This document shows positions 8,205-18,529 of a stretch of DNA of 64,000 nt, piece by piece. Every line of letters starts with the position of its first letter. Within the stretch, counting starts at the first letter, position 1. Source of the stretch: a bacterium (GTDB lineage Bacteria; Patescibacteriota; Minisyncoccia; 1-14-0-10-42-19); NCBI GenBank assembly GCA_030690215.1, contig JAUYHD010000016.1:17681-81680 (forward strand). The letters run 5' to 3'. The translations under genes were made by a program, and so were the position numbers. The notes below the pieces were generated by a model. The model searched no databases. It saw only the letters and a program-made list of their open reading frames with translations, and had not been told where the DNA came from.

Positions 8205-9521
8205 TCATTTTTTTATTTTAGGATTCCAAAAAATAAGGTTACCCAAATTCGGAATTTCTATGGATGTCGCGAGATCTAAGTCGCCGTCGCTGTCAAAATC
8301 GCGCAACGTAATATTGTCCCCCTTCGCGCCGATGGGATTAATCTGATGAAATTCCCATTCGCTCGTGTAAATATCCGGATCTTTCTGACTCAAATAATAT
8401 ATTCCTTTGCCCTTATCTTGCAGATCAACCGTTGTAACAACAATATCTATTCTGCCATCTTTATCTAAATCTACAGCATCAACATCTTTTGGATACCCTC
8501 CATATTTTCCCACTGGAATTTTAACTGCCTTCCAAGAATTGCCTTTGTTGTCCTGACGTAAGAGGATAATCGCTTCCGCAGGGCTCGTTGCCGCAACAAG
8601 AATATCCTGTTTGCCGTCCCGATTGACATCACGGAGACTTATCATGCGGACTTCTTTTCTGCGTAAAATATCGTGCCTCTGCCAATACCCCCTCTGTTTG
8701 CCCCCGACTCCTGGATTTTCAAACCACGATACGCCGGCATATGTATGACTTCCCCTATCAGATACAACAAAATCTATGTCGCCATCTCCGTCCATATCAC
8801 GACGATGAATGCCCATTTCCCAACGCATATTATTTTTATTAACCATGGGATAAAAAACCCACGCATTAACATTCAGGGGATTTTTTGGCGACTTAAACCA
8901 GCCAAAAATACCCTTGTCCCCCCCCGCGATAATATCGGGATGCCCGTCCTTATCAACATCAAACCATACCGTATCGTTCCACTCTTGCACCATATCCTTC
9001 GCAACCGACACAGAAATAGTATACGTTTTCCACAGAGATGGATTTAAATAATCTTCTTTCTTTTGTATAACATGCATCTTAATACCCCCTTTTCCTCCCG
9101 AAATAACTCCAAATGTCCCGTTTCCTAAAATCTGCGCGAGCAAAGCGAATTCCGCGCTTGAATTTTTCCCCACAGTAACGCATGACCAATTATCATACAC
9201 GCGTTTCCCTGGTGTAAGCATGCAAAGCCGTATCGTTCCCCCGCTATCTTGCCATGATGTTGCGGTGTACATCGTCCCATCTCCACCAACACGCAAACTT
9301 ATTCCGTCAGCGCCTTTTACCTTACTTGATGCGGAATCTTCAATATATGTATATGGCCACTGTTCACCTGGTTTAATCGCTTCTCCGGAACCGCCGGTAC
9401 CCGGCGAAGGGATGGGAATATTAAATCCGACACTATTTTGATCCCCCCAAAAAACCAAAAACAAAACGAATGCTATCGTAAAAAAAATACCCAACGAATG
9501 TTCATGTTTTATAAAATGCAT
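8205..9521 (-). CDS. membrane-anchored FG-GAP/VCBS-repeat protein (paralog 1)
   Basis: repeated DxDxDGxxD motifs; N-terminal TM. Confidence 0.85.
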   Translation of the reverse strand: MHFIKHEHSLGIFFTIAFVLFLVFWGDQNSVGFNIPIPSPGTGGSGEAIKPGEQWPYTYIEDSASSKVKGADGISLRVGGDGTMYTATSWQDSGGTIRLCMLTPGKRVYDNWSCVTVGKNSSAEFALLAQILGNGTFGVISGGKGGIKMHVIQKKEDYLNPSLWKTYTISVSVAKDMVQEWNDTVWFDVDKDGHPDIIAGGDKGIFGWFKSPKNPLNVNAWVFYPMVNKNNMRWEMGIHRRDMDGDGDIDFVVSDRGSHTYAGVSWFENPGVGGKQRGYWQRHDILRRKEVRMISLRDVNRDGKQDILVAATSPAEAIILLRQDNKGNSWKAVKIPVGKYGGYPKDVDAVDLDKDGRIDIVVTTVDLQDKGKGIYYLSQKDPDIYTSEWEFHQINPIGAKGDNITLRDFDSDGDLDLATSIEIPNLGNLIFWNPKIKK

Positions 9522-9645
9522 ATAATTATATTAAAAAAATCCATATATTTATAGTACCATATAGTCTTCTAATTCTTATACACACAGAAATAGCAATAAA
9601 AAGAGCGGAACTTATAAAAAGCCCCGCTCTATTTTTTTTAATTGC

Positions 9646-11109
9646 CTAATCTTCCGGATTATCGCTTGAAAGAGCATCCGATATGTCGGTCTCTTCTTCT
9701 CCTTTCGGTTCCGCAACAAACCGGGCGTTAGGTATATTATTTTCTATGGTCGGATTCCAGTATATGATAACTCCCATGTTTGGTATCTCAACGGTGGTGA
9801 TGATATCCATATCTCCATCGCCATCAAGATCGCGCATAGTAATATTGTCGTACTTGGCTCCATTGGTATGAATGGAATGAAACTCCCATTCGCCGTGTAG
9901 ATCCGATTTCTGGGTCAGATAATAAATACCCTCGCCCTTATTCTGGAGATCTACCGTAGTAACAACGATATCCTTTCGGCCATCGTTATCCACATCGGCA
10001 AGTGCGGCATCTTTCGGAAAACCGCCGTACTGACCCACAGGAATCGTAACTATATCCCAATGAAGAGTTGGTTTGTTTATTCGTAAAGCAATAATAACTT
10101 CGGCGGGTTTTTTCCCGGCAATAACGATATCTTGCGTTCTGTCGCCGTTCGCGTCTCCGAAACCTATCATGCGAACTTCTTTGCGCCCTACGATGTAATG
10201 GCGTGGCCAGTATCCGGTATTATTTCCTGCTCCAAGATTTTCAAACCATACGACTCCGGCTTCTGCGTGCACTCCGCGATCAGGAACAATGATATCTATA
10301 TCACCATCCCAATCCATATCACGAGGATGAACGCCCATTTCCCATCCGGTTTCCTCTTTTGGAGAAATCATATGGAATACCCAGGCGTCACCGTCCAAAG
10401 GATCTCCGGTTGATTCAAACCAACCGAATATCCCTTTTCCGGGATCTCCGCTGTCCTTATCACCGCCCGCCACTATATCCCGGTCCCCGTCTCCATCAAG
10501 ATCGACAAATGCAGCGTCGTTCCATTCCTGTTTCATGCCGTCTGCGACCGAAGCGTATATGGTGTATGCTTCCCATCTATTTGGGTTAAGATAATCTTCC
10601 GTGCTCCATACGACATGAAAAATAATGCCGTCGCGCCCGGAGGAGATAACTCCGAAAATATCATCGCTTACGATTTTCGCAAGAAGTGCAAATTCAGCAT
10701 TCTTGTTTTGACCAACGGTAACGCATGGCCAAAAATCATACACGTATTCGCTCTGGCTCAAATCAAGCCTGCAAAAACGTATAACACCCCCGCTATCTTG
10801 CCATGAGGTCGCCGAATAATACGCGGCAACATTTCCCTCCTCGTCTTTCTCTTTTCGGAAACTTACGCCATCGGCGCCCTTCGCTTTGTCGGCCGAAGCA
10901 GAATCTTCTATGTAGGTGTATTGCCAAAATTCGGATTCGTCCGCTTTGCCATTGTTTCCTTTGTTTCCATTGTTCCCGGTGGCCTGTTCTATAAGCGCAT
11001 CAATGTTGCTATTAAAGCCCTGCGCCTTGTAGCTAAAAAATGACAATAGTACAAAAAGTACTATATAAACTAACAGCCAAAATACGCTTTGATTTGTTCT
11101 TGATCTCAT
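9646..11109 (-). CDS. secreted FG-GAP/VCBS-repeat protein (paralog 2)
   Basis: DLDGDGDRD repeats; shares ATSWQDSGG, QEWND, IVVTTVDLQ with the neighbour. Confidence 0.85.
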   Translation of the reverse strand: MRSRTNQSVFWLLVYIVLFVLLSFFSYKAQGFNSNIDALIEQATGNNGNKGNNGKADESEFWQYTYIEDSASADKAKGADGVSFRKEKDEEGNVAAYYSATSWQDSGGVIRFCRLDLSQSEYVYDFWPCVTVGQNKNAEFALLAKIVSDDIFGVISSGRDGIIFHVVWSTEDYLNPNRWEAYTIYASVADGMKQEWNDAAFVDLDGDGDRDIVAGGDKDSGDPGKGIFGWFESTGDPLDGDAWVFHMISPKEETGWEMGVHPRDMDWDGDIDIIVPDRGVHAEAGVVWFENLGAGNNTGYWPRHYIVGRKEVRMIGFGDANGDRTQDIVIAGKKPAEVIIALRINKPTLHWDIVTIPVGQYGGFPKDAALADVDNDGRKDIVVTTVDLQNKGEGIYYLTQKSDLHGEWEFHSIHTNGAKYDNITMRDLDGDGDMDIITTVEIPNMGVIIYWNPTIENNIPNARFVAEPKGEEETDISDALSSDNPED

Positions 11110-11279
11110 GTAAACCCCCCGTTTTTGAATGTTTTTTTTAATGTAAACCTGGGCTCATTCTACTATAAAATTAATAAAATGTCAATACATACATTGACAA
11201 CTATAAATAAATATAGTATAGTTACTTAAATCAATTTAAACGTAGTACAATAAAAACATACCATTAAGGAGGTATCAGT

Positions 11280-11744
11280 ATGAACAAAGAATCGCCCGAT
11301 ATTAAAAACGATGCGGAAAAAATTCCAAACTATACAATGGAATTTTCTCAAACCAATTTTGAAACGGGCCCAAATGAATGTATCCTAAAAATCGTGATCA
11401 ACGAAAACGGGGAAGAAAAAACATTGGAAGCCCACTGGCCAAAGGAAGGAATCCAACTTTTTGATCCTCAAACAAAACGAGAATTGGAATTTGTATCACC
11501 CAAGACCATGAAAAAAATGTACGACCAGTTTATGTCGCTTAACCCTTCTTATCATGCTCTTATGGAGATGCGAGAAACTCGTTCCCTCCTAAAGTTTTTT
11601 TGGCTATCTCCGAAGAAACAAAAAGATCTTGTTGATCTTCTGAACATGGGGTCAACTAAGAAAGAAGCAGAACGCATCATGAAGATGCCCGAAGAAGAAC
11701 AAAAAAATATCTCTAAGGAGAACCCAGTGCATCGTCCAACATAA
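11280..11744 (+). CDS. hypothetical protein
   Basis: TTGACA promoter, AAGGAGG RBS, terminator. Confidence 0.7.
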   Translation: MNKESPDIKNDAEKIPNYTMEFSQTNFETGPNECILKIVINENGEEKTLEAHWPKEGIQLFDPQTKRELEFVSPKTMKKMYDQFMSLNPSYHALMEMRETRSLLKFFWLSPKKQKDLVDLLNMGSTKKEAERIMKMPEEEQKNISKENPVHRPT

Positions 11745-11790
11745 AAGAGTTCCGAAAAAATCGGAACTCTTTTGCTTTTTACCTGAATTG

Positions 11791-12084
11791 TTAAAATTTT
11801 TTTATTTCTACGTGCCCGCACTTATAGCAATCCCCTCGCCATCGCCTAACGCCCCCAAGAACCAAAAATGGCGACCGTGTGTATTCTAACGTGCAGAGCA
11901 GACAATTCGGACATTGGTACGGCGTTCTCCAAATACCCAATTCTTTGCACACCCACCTATGCATGCGTAACGGCATAAAAAAAAGAAAGCCAATCAGTAT
12001 AAAAACGAGAAATAAAATTACAAAAAAAACAAACGCTACTACATTAAATCCCTCTTCGCCAAACCGCATTATTCTCTGATACAT
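11791..12084 (-). CDS. small membrane protein with Zn-ribbon
   Basis: TM helix, CPNC...CYKCG. Confidence 0.6.
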   Translation of the reverse strand: MYQRIMRFGEEGFNVVAFVFFVILFLVFILIGFLFFMPLRMHRWVCKELGIWRTPYQCPNCLLCTLEYTRSPFLVLGGVRRWRGDCYKCGHVEIKKF

Positions 12085-12147
12085 ACTCCCCCCCCCTTTA
12101 TTTAGTATTGTTTTTTTAAAATCCGATAATATGCTACCATAAAAAAT

Positions 12148-13095
12148 ATGATCGGTACATCCTTCGACAAAGCTCAGGACAGGCCCCACACGTCCCCAAA
12201 AGATGTTTTTCTCCATCTCTTAATGGTAGGGACGCTCTATGCGAGCGTCATCAGTTTTATTACGCTTCTCTTTCAATATATACAGTATTACTTTCCCGAT
12301 GTTCTTGATTATTCTGCCCCATCCCTTTCGTTTACAGCGCAAAGCTCAATGGCAACGCTTATTATTGTGTTCCCTGTTTTTTTGTTTCTTTCGCATCTCC
12401 TGCAAAAAGAATTCAAAGCGCATGAAGAAAAATCAAAATCGCGTCTCCGAAAATGGCTGCTTTCTTTCACGTTATTCGTTGCCGCGATTGTTATTATTGT
12501 TGACCTTGTAACCCTCATACAAAGTTTTCTTGGCGGAGAACTTACTGTCCGTTTTTTGCTAAAAAACGCAACTGTTCTTTTTGTCATAAGCGCTGTGTTC
12601 GGCTACTATCTCCACCAGCTCAAAAAAACAAAACCGGAAGCAACCCGCAACGAGCGGATATTTGTTTGGGCTGTATCATTCGTGGCCGTTCTTTCAATCG
12701 TGCTTGGTTTTATCCTTACCGGCTCACCCGCAACACAGCGCCTCATGCAATTTGACCAAGAACGCATCTGGAACCTCCAAACTATCCAGTCTCAACTTGT
12801 GTTTCATTTTCAGCAAAAAGGCGCTCTCCCCGAAACGCTTACGAACATATCGGATGACATTTCCGGATTTGCATTACCGCGCGATCCTGAAACCGGCAAG
12901 GAATATGAATACCAAAAAAGCGGCGAGTTTTCGTTCACGCTATGCGCCGACTTTAAAACAGAATATATAATCTCAGGAAAAATTCCTTCGCGCCCCATAC
13001 ACTCATTTGAAACGTGGGACCATGGAATCGGACACGCTTGTTTTGCCCGCACCATTGATCCGGATTTCTATCCTGTGCGAGAAAAAATATTGTAA
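12148..13095 (+). CDS. DUF5671-like membrane protein
   Basis: PKDVFLHLL, RLRKWL, GSPATQRL..FD..R, PRDPETG; typical of CPR. Confidence 0.75.
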   Translation: MIGTSFDKAQDRPHTSPKDVFLHLLMVGTLYASVISFITLLFQYIQYYFPDVLDYSAPSLSFTAQSSMATLIIVFPVFLFLSHLLQKEFKAHEEKSKSRLRKWLLSFTLFVAAIVIIVDLVTLIQSFLGGELTVRFLLKNATVLFVISAVFGYYLHQLKKTKPEATRNERIFVWAVSFVAVLSIVLGFILTGSPATQRLMQFDQERIWNLQTIQSQLVFHFQQKGALPETLTNISDDISGFALPRDPETGKEYEYQKSGEFSFTLCADFKTEYIISGKIPSRPIHSFETWDHGIGHACFARTIDPDFYPVREKIL

Positions 13096-13127
13096 AAAAG
13101 ATCTTTTACATCGGGGGAAAGATAGCC

Positions 13128-13592
13128 ATGGAAGAAAACCTCTATATTGTAAGCATCCTTGCAGTCCCCAGAAACAAAGATGACGAATCGCGAGATATCA
13201 CGATACACATTCTCTCATTCATCTCCTGCTCGGAAGAAGAAGCAGATACGATAGCGAATGAACACATTGGCGTTTCGTTTTCAGCCGTATCATGGAAAGT
13301 GGAGTATGACCTGCTAGAAATTTCTCTTGACGATATATTGGAAGATATCCAATCATATGAAGACTCCGTACAGGCGTTCGCGATAGGACTGGTGCTTTTA
13401 AATCCCGACGGAGCGGGAATGCGATACCACGTTTCTTCTCATCTTATATGCGCATATTCAAAAGAAAGCGCGGAAAAACTTGCGCTCGCCTACGCGCATG
13501 AACACTTCCCTTTCTTTAAAGACCACATCGCGAAAGTAGAAGAAATACCTCCGAATATTCGTTTTTGTACGACAACATCAAAAATTCATTAA
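13128..13592 (+). CDS. hypothetical protein with internal duplication
   Basis: two S.E.A...A..H-like halves. Confidence 0.6.
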   Translation: MEENLYIVSILAVPRNKDDESRDITIHILSFISCSEEEADTIANEHIGVSFSAVSWKVEYDLLEISLDDILEDIQSYEDSVQAFAIGLVLLNPDGAGMRYHVSSHLICAYSKESAEKLALAYAHEHFPFFKDHIAKVEEIPPNIRFCTTTSKIH

Positions 13593-13625
13593 CCATCCCG
13601 CAGTACTGCACTGCGGGATGTTATA

Positions 13626-14753
13626 TTATTGGGAAAATATTCTGTCCATCTCTGATCGCACCTGCGTAGAAAATAAATCCCGTTTCGCAGAAATCTGCGC
13701 GCGGTATTTTTCTTGCAGGCGCTCTAATTCGTCTGCCACCGTAATGCCTTCTTCCCTATCAAGCATAAAACGACCGGTACGATTTGAAACTTCTTCGGCA
13801 AAAAGCGCGTATGTTTCATACTCGCGCAACAGAAGGATGAGAACGGTTTCTTTCGCGCCTGACGCCCGGTCAAACGCTGACACCCTGCTCTGCGCGCCTT
13901 CCTGTATAATCCTCACAACGAACTGGGGGTCAACGGGTATCATACCTCGCGACACGCTGATTTGCAGGTCAATAAAACCCGCCTTCAAAGCGCTTATTGT
14001 CTCCCCCGTCTCACCCGACGGATATTTTGGAGAACGTTCTATTTCATCAAATGATTCAAGAGTCCGCGTAATATCATTTGAAAGCAAAAAGAGAAATTCT
14101 GTTGAAGGCGCTTCTTCCCGAAGTACGGCGGAAGCAACCACATCAAATATATCTTTTATATGCGATGTAATAATGCTTGTCTCGTATTGCCGGCCGCGAT
14201 CTACTTCAATTTTTAATTTTGCAAGCCGTTCGCGAAGCGATAAAAATCCCAACTCGGATGCGTGAAGCGGACGATCGCCTGCAACCTCAAACAATAATCG
14301 CTTTTGAAGATTTCTGTCTTCTTCAAACGCGCTCTCAATGCCAACGCGCATCTGTTCGGACACTCCGTCAAGAATTTCTTCAAATACCGCAAAATGTTTC
14401 GCAAGCGATCGGAGCACCGTGCTTGCGAGCTCTGGATTATTACTGCGGTCAACCTGCTCTGCCGCTTTCTCCATGTGCGCTCCAAACCTCACTATCGTTT
14501 CATTTGTTTTGGGGTGTTTTTCATATGAAAGCACCACTGCTTCGCTCAAACGTTCTTCGGCAAGCATAATAAGCCGTTCTATTTTGCTTTCTCTCCCAAA
14601 TGTAAAAAGCGTTCCAATTGACTCAAAGGCGCGCTCAAATATATACAGCGGATTTTTTGCGGTCATCCCCGCCGGCGGCAAGAGCGCAAATTGCGCGTAC
14701 GCACTGCTTGCGATAAACAGAAACCCTATAAAAAAGAAATACGCATAACGCAT
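13626..14753 (-). CDS. DUF5667-like secreted helical protein
   Basis: signal peptide, LPPAG...PLY..ER..E, LAEERLSEA. Confidence 0.7.
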   Translation of the reverse strand: MRYAYFFFIGFLFIASSAYAQFALLPPAGMTAKNPLYIFERAFESIGTLFTFGRESKIERLIMLAEERLSEAVVLSYEKHPKTNETIVRFGAHMEKAAEQVDRSNNPELASTVLRSLAKHFAVFEEILDGVSEQMRVGIESAFEEDRNLQKRLLFEVAGDRPLHASELGFLSLRERLAKLKIEVDRGRQYETSIITSHIKDIFDVVASAVLREEAPSTEFLFLLSNDITRTLESFDEIERSPKYPSGETGETISALKAGFIDLQISVSRGMIPVDPQFVVRIIQEGAQSRVSAFDRASGAKETVLILLLREYETYALFAEEVSNRTGRFMLDREEGITVADELERLQEKYRAQISAKRDLFSTQVRSEMDRIFSQ

Positions 14754-14866
14754 ACTTCTAGTATAGAAAAAAATAACCTTCCCGATAAGAGAAGGTTATG
14801 AAAAACAAAATGCTATTGCCACCTCGCAGCACGCTGCGGGGTATTGTATTTGTATTACCCGCACAC

Positions 14867-15319
14867 TCAAAAGACCACAATATCCTTATAGTATATGATG
14901 CGTATCCCTAAATGTTTCGCCTGCGCATGCTCCCATGACGCGCCGTTGGACGTTTCCCAATTCGGCAAAAAATAAAATGAATGAATAAGGCGCGATTCAA
15001 ACATGGGCAGGTACAGTTCTTTCAAAAGATGGCTATCCCCCTTGTACATGGGCCACGTTTTCATCTCAAATATTTTATTTTCAAATGGCAGCTGGCTGAA
15101 CACCGTAACCCCCTGATAGCGTAAAAACCGTATTGCTCTATGGAAGCGTTCAAGATTTTTTTCAACCGATCCCGTACCACCCGTTGATATCGGACCGCAC
15201 ACCATACCTACCGGCTGCACCATCCGTTTGAGCACTCGGATTGCGATATCGGCAAACTCTCCGAACGTAGTTGCTTTTTCTATTTCCAATATTTCATCCG
15301 CATAGCCATATCTATCCAT
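14867..15319 (-). CDS. DUF4406-like (nucleoside deoxyribosyltransferase-fold) protein
   Basis: real start MDRYGY; VCGPISTGG, LPNWETSNGASWEH. Confidence 0.7.
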   Translation of the reverse strand: MDRYGYADEILEIEKATTFGEFADIAIRVLKRMVQPVGMVCGPISTGGTGSVEKNLERFHRAIRFLRYQGVTVFSQLPFENKIFEMKTWPMYKGDSHLLKELYLPMFESRLIHSFYFLPNWETSNGASWEHAQAKHLGIRIIYYKDIVVF

Positions 15320-15371
15320 TGACGGCCTCCTCTGCGTAGAATCTTTGCCTTTGATAGTATATACTGAACCT

Positions 15372-16646
15372 ATGTTGGACATCAAATTCATACGAGAAAA
15401 CCCCGATTTGATTAAAGAAGCCGCGCGCAAAAAACGGGTAGATTTTAATGTCCTCAAACTCATTGACGTGGATAAAAAACGGCGGGAAGGGCTTGCCGAA
15501 ATTGAAAAACTCCGCGCGTTCCAAAACAAAGCATCAGATACTATCGCGACTATCAAAGACGAAACAAAGAAAAAAGCAGCCATTGAAGATTTGCGCGATA
15601 TAAAAGACAATCTTTCTAAAAAAGAATCCGAACTCAAAAAAATAGTGCCCGAATGGGAAAAACTCATGCATGATGTTCCGAACATCCCCGATCTCTCCGT
15701 ACCCGAAGGAACAACCGATGAAGAAAATACGGAAGTGCGCCAAAGTTCTAAGCCAAAACCATTCGGCTTCCCGGCGAAAGACCATGTTGAATTGCTGGAG
15801 TCCTTGGGTCTTGCCGACCTTGAGCGCGGGACGAAAGTTTCCGGATTTCGCGGATATTTTCTCAAACAAGAAGCGACCCTTCTCTCCATGGCGCTCTGGC
15901 AATTTACCATGGATACCGTAACAAAAAAGGGATATGAACCGGTTCTCGCTCCCGCGTTAGTGCGTGAAGAAAATCTTTTTGGAACGGGGCATTTTCCCCA
16001 AGCGCGCGAGGATGTATACAAGCTTGAACATGACGAATTATATCTTTCTGCAACTGCAGAAATCCCACTCATGGGATATTATCGCGATGAAATATTGGAA
16101 GAAGATATACTCCCTAAAAAATTTGTTGCGTTTTCTCCATGCTTCCGCAGAGAGGCGGGATCGCACGGCAAAGACACAAAAGGCATTTATCGCTTGCATG
16201 AATTTTTTAAAGTAGAACAATTGATTTTTGCGCCAAACGATCATGAGCTGTCTGTCCAACTGCATGAGGAATTAACCGCAAACTCGGAAAGCATTCTTCA
16301 GGCATTAGAATTGCCGTACCGGGTAGTGACGGTAGCCGCAGGACAGCTTGGGCGGGCACACGTAAAAACATACGATCTTGAGGTCTGGATTCCGTCAGAA
16401 AAACGTTATCGCGAATCCCATTCGTCTTCGTATTACCATGATTTTCAAACACGCCGGCTCAACATCCGCTACCGCGCCAAAGATGGCGAGATGCGTTTTT
16501 GCCATTCCCTTAACAACACGGCAATTGCAACCCCCCGCATTCTTATTTCTATCCTTGAAAATTATCAGCAAAAAGACGGGAGCGTGCGCATCCCGGCCGT
16601 ACTCCAAACATATCTCGGGAAAACAGCAATCAAACCAAAAAATTAA
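15372..16646 (+). CDS. serS: serine--tRNA ligase
   Basis: MLDIKFIREN, FRREAGSHG, HSLNNT. Confidence 0.97.
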   Translation: MLDIKFIRENPDLIKEAARKKRVDFNVLKLIDVDKKRREGLAEIEKLRAFQNKASDTIATIKDETKKKAAIEDLRDIKDNLSKKESELKKIVPEWEKLMHDVPNIPDLSVPEGTTDEENTEVRQSSKPKPFGFPAKDHVELLESLGLADLERGTKVSGFRGYFLKQEATLLSMALWQFTMDTVTKKGYEPVLAPALVREENLFGTGHFPQAREDVYKLEHDELYLSATAEIPLMGYYRDEILEEDILPKKFVAFSPCFRREAGSHGKDTKGIYRLHEFFKVEQLIFAPNDHELSVQLHEELTANSESILQALELPYRVVTVAAGQLGRAHVKTYDLEVWIPSEKRYRESHSSSYYHDFQTRRLNIRYRAKDGEMRFCHSLNNTAIATPRILISILENYQQKDGSVRIPAVLQTYLGKTAIKPKN

Positions 16647-16730
16647 ATTTTTAATTTATAATTTCTAATTAATTTTTAATGATTCAATTTTGAAAACAGT
16701 TTAAAAATTTAAAATTGAAAATTAAAAATT

Positions 16731-17540
16731 ATGACTAAAGACCCCCTTCGCCGATCGCGGCGCTTTAAACGAAACAGACTTTTTAAGCGTTTTGCCCTGT
16801 TTGGAGGAGGGATTTTGGTTTGCTCAGCACTCGGCGTAGGATTTTTTTATATTCCCTATTTTTCCATTACCGCGGTCTCCCTTGAAGATCTCCGAACCCT
16901 TCCGGAAAAAGATATTACCGTGGAAATAAGCGCTCATCTGGATAGAAAAACGTGGGGGTTGCTTCCTCAAAATAATTTTTTTGTTTTTCTTTTTACCGCA
17001 TCCCGTCTGGAACAAACACTCAAACAAAAATTCCCTAAAATAAAATCAATAACAATCAAAAAACGCCCCCCCCATGCCATTGCCGTGCTGTTTGAGGAAC
17101 GGAAAATTTGGGCAACAATCTGCAAAGACGCATCTTGCTTTTACGCTGATGAGGAGGGTTTTCTTTTTGGAAAGTCATCGCGTATTTCAGGGTCGCTCTT
17201 TTTTAGCATTGAAGACAGGCGGAACGTCACCCATGCGATAGGAACGACCATCGCGAGCCCCGAAGAATTTAAAAATATAAAAACGCTCCTCCAGCGAATA
17301 GAAACCGTTACCGGCGCTTCTTTTTCAGCCCTCATGCTTTCTGGGTCAGAAGACCTTATCTCAAAATATGAAATAAAAACAAAAGATGGATGGCGCATTA
17401 TTCTTGATTCAAAAACAAACGGCGAGCTTGCCGCCGCAAACTTCATTTCCGCATTTGAGGGCATTCTCCAAAAAAATATGGAAGGTATTGATTATATTGA
17501 TGTGCGTCTAGAAAATAAAATTTTCTATAAATATAAATAA
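16731..17540 (+). CDS. ftsQ: cell division protein FtsQ/DivIB-like
   Basis: TM, POTRA-like region, C-terminal YIDVR. Confidence 0.75.
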   Translation: MTKDPLRRSRRFKRNRLFKRFALFGGGILVCSALGVGFFYIPYFSITAVSLEDLRTLPEKDITVEISAHLDRKTWGLLPQNNFFVFLFTASRLEQTLKQKFPKIKSITIKKRPPHAIAVLFEERKIWATICKDASCFYADEEGFLFGKSSRISGSLFFSIEDRRNVTHAIGTTIASPEEFKNIKTLLQRIETVTGASFSALMLSGSEDLISKYEIKTKDGWRIILDSKTNGELAAANFISAFEGILQKNMEGIDYIDVRLENKIFYKYK

Positions 17541-17647
17541 ACGAAGCCTCCATACCTGTGAAACCCCTTAAGCGTACGCTTAAGGTTTTTCAAAAGTTTT
17601 TCGTTTGGAATATAAACACTTTAATACTTTAAAGTATTAAAGTGATG

Positions 17648-17770
17648 CTCCATAGGCTTATTCGGCCTTCATAGCCGAATCTGCTTTGGTCTTCTACCCT
17701 CCGTATCCTCAGCGACCGAGTACGAAGTAGACGGGCAGTAGTCTTCTGCGAAAGTGTAGGTGCCATGGAA
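17648..17770 (-). ncRNA. candidate structured ncRNA (rod with central bubble)
   Basis: hand-folded; G-U pairs favour the minus strand; hairpin at 17613-17644 follows. Confidence 0.35.
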
Positions 17771-17836
17771 TCTTGACAACGTGTACAATTCCACATACCC
17801 TTTGTGTAGTAAATACATCCTGAAAGGAGATTCGGA

Positions 17837-18520
17837 ATGGAATTTGGAATGGAACGGACATTGGTTTTGATAAAGCCTGACGCGCTTGAAAAGAATTGCG
17901 CGGATGAAATTCTTAACCGCTTTTTAACAAACACATTTGAAATCGCTGCAGTCAAAAAAATTACGGCTACTCCGCTATTGATTGATCGGCATTATCAGAA
18001 AAAGTTCTTAGAAGCCCCCGATGTACGCAATGATGTTGTTGCGTACATAACGTCGGGCCCGATTGTTGCGCTTATTCTTAAACGCCCTGACGCGATTGCC
18101 GGCGCGCGGCTCATCATCGGCCCCCTTCATAAAGCGCCCAAGGGAACAATTCGGGGAGATTTTCCGACAGATGTATTGCGTAATTTGGCGCATGGATCAG
18201 ATTCTCCGGAAGCCGCAGAACACGAAATAGCAGTTTGGTTTGGCGATACTGAAAAGCAAGAAAAATTTTCACAATTGAACCCCGCCGAACGACTATTTAT
18301 CTTAACGGAGATATTCCAAAAAGAAGGCCTTTGTGAAAGCGCGGTTACCGTAGCGGCTCATTGCCTGCGAGAGCTCAAAGAAGTTAATTCATACGAAGAG
18401 ACTGCATCCGGACATGTAGTCAAATACACCGGGCATATCATATGCCTCCCCGACTTCCTGCATAGTGAGACCGCACAGAAACGCTTTGCTGAAATGGGAA
18501 TCCAATCCCCGATACATTAA
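17837..18520 (+). CDS. ndk: nucleoside diphosphate kinase with about 90-aa C-terminal extension
   Basis: ERTLVLIKPDA, GTIRGDF, NLAHGSDS. Confidence 0.88.
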   Translation: MEFGMERTLVLIKPDALEKNCADEILNRFLTNTFEIAAVKKITATPLLIDRHYQKKFLEAPDVRNDVVAYITSGPIVALILKRPDAIAGARLIIGPLHKAPKGTIRGDFPTDVLRNLAHGSDSPEAAEHEIAVWFGDTEKQEKFSQLNPAERLFILTEIFQKEGLCESAVTVAAHCLRELKEVNSYEETASGHVVKYTGHIICLPDFLHSETAQKRFAEMGIQSPIH

Positions 18521-18529
18521 AAAGGGGGC

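Noticed and set aside
14867-16072. 401-aa minus-strand ORF
   Set aside because: The upstream two-thirds is antisense to serS; the real gene starts at 15319.
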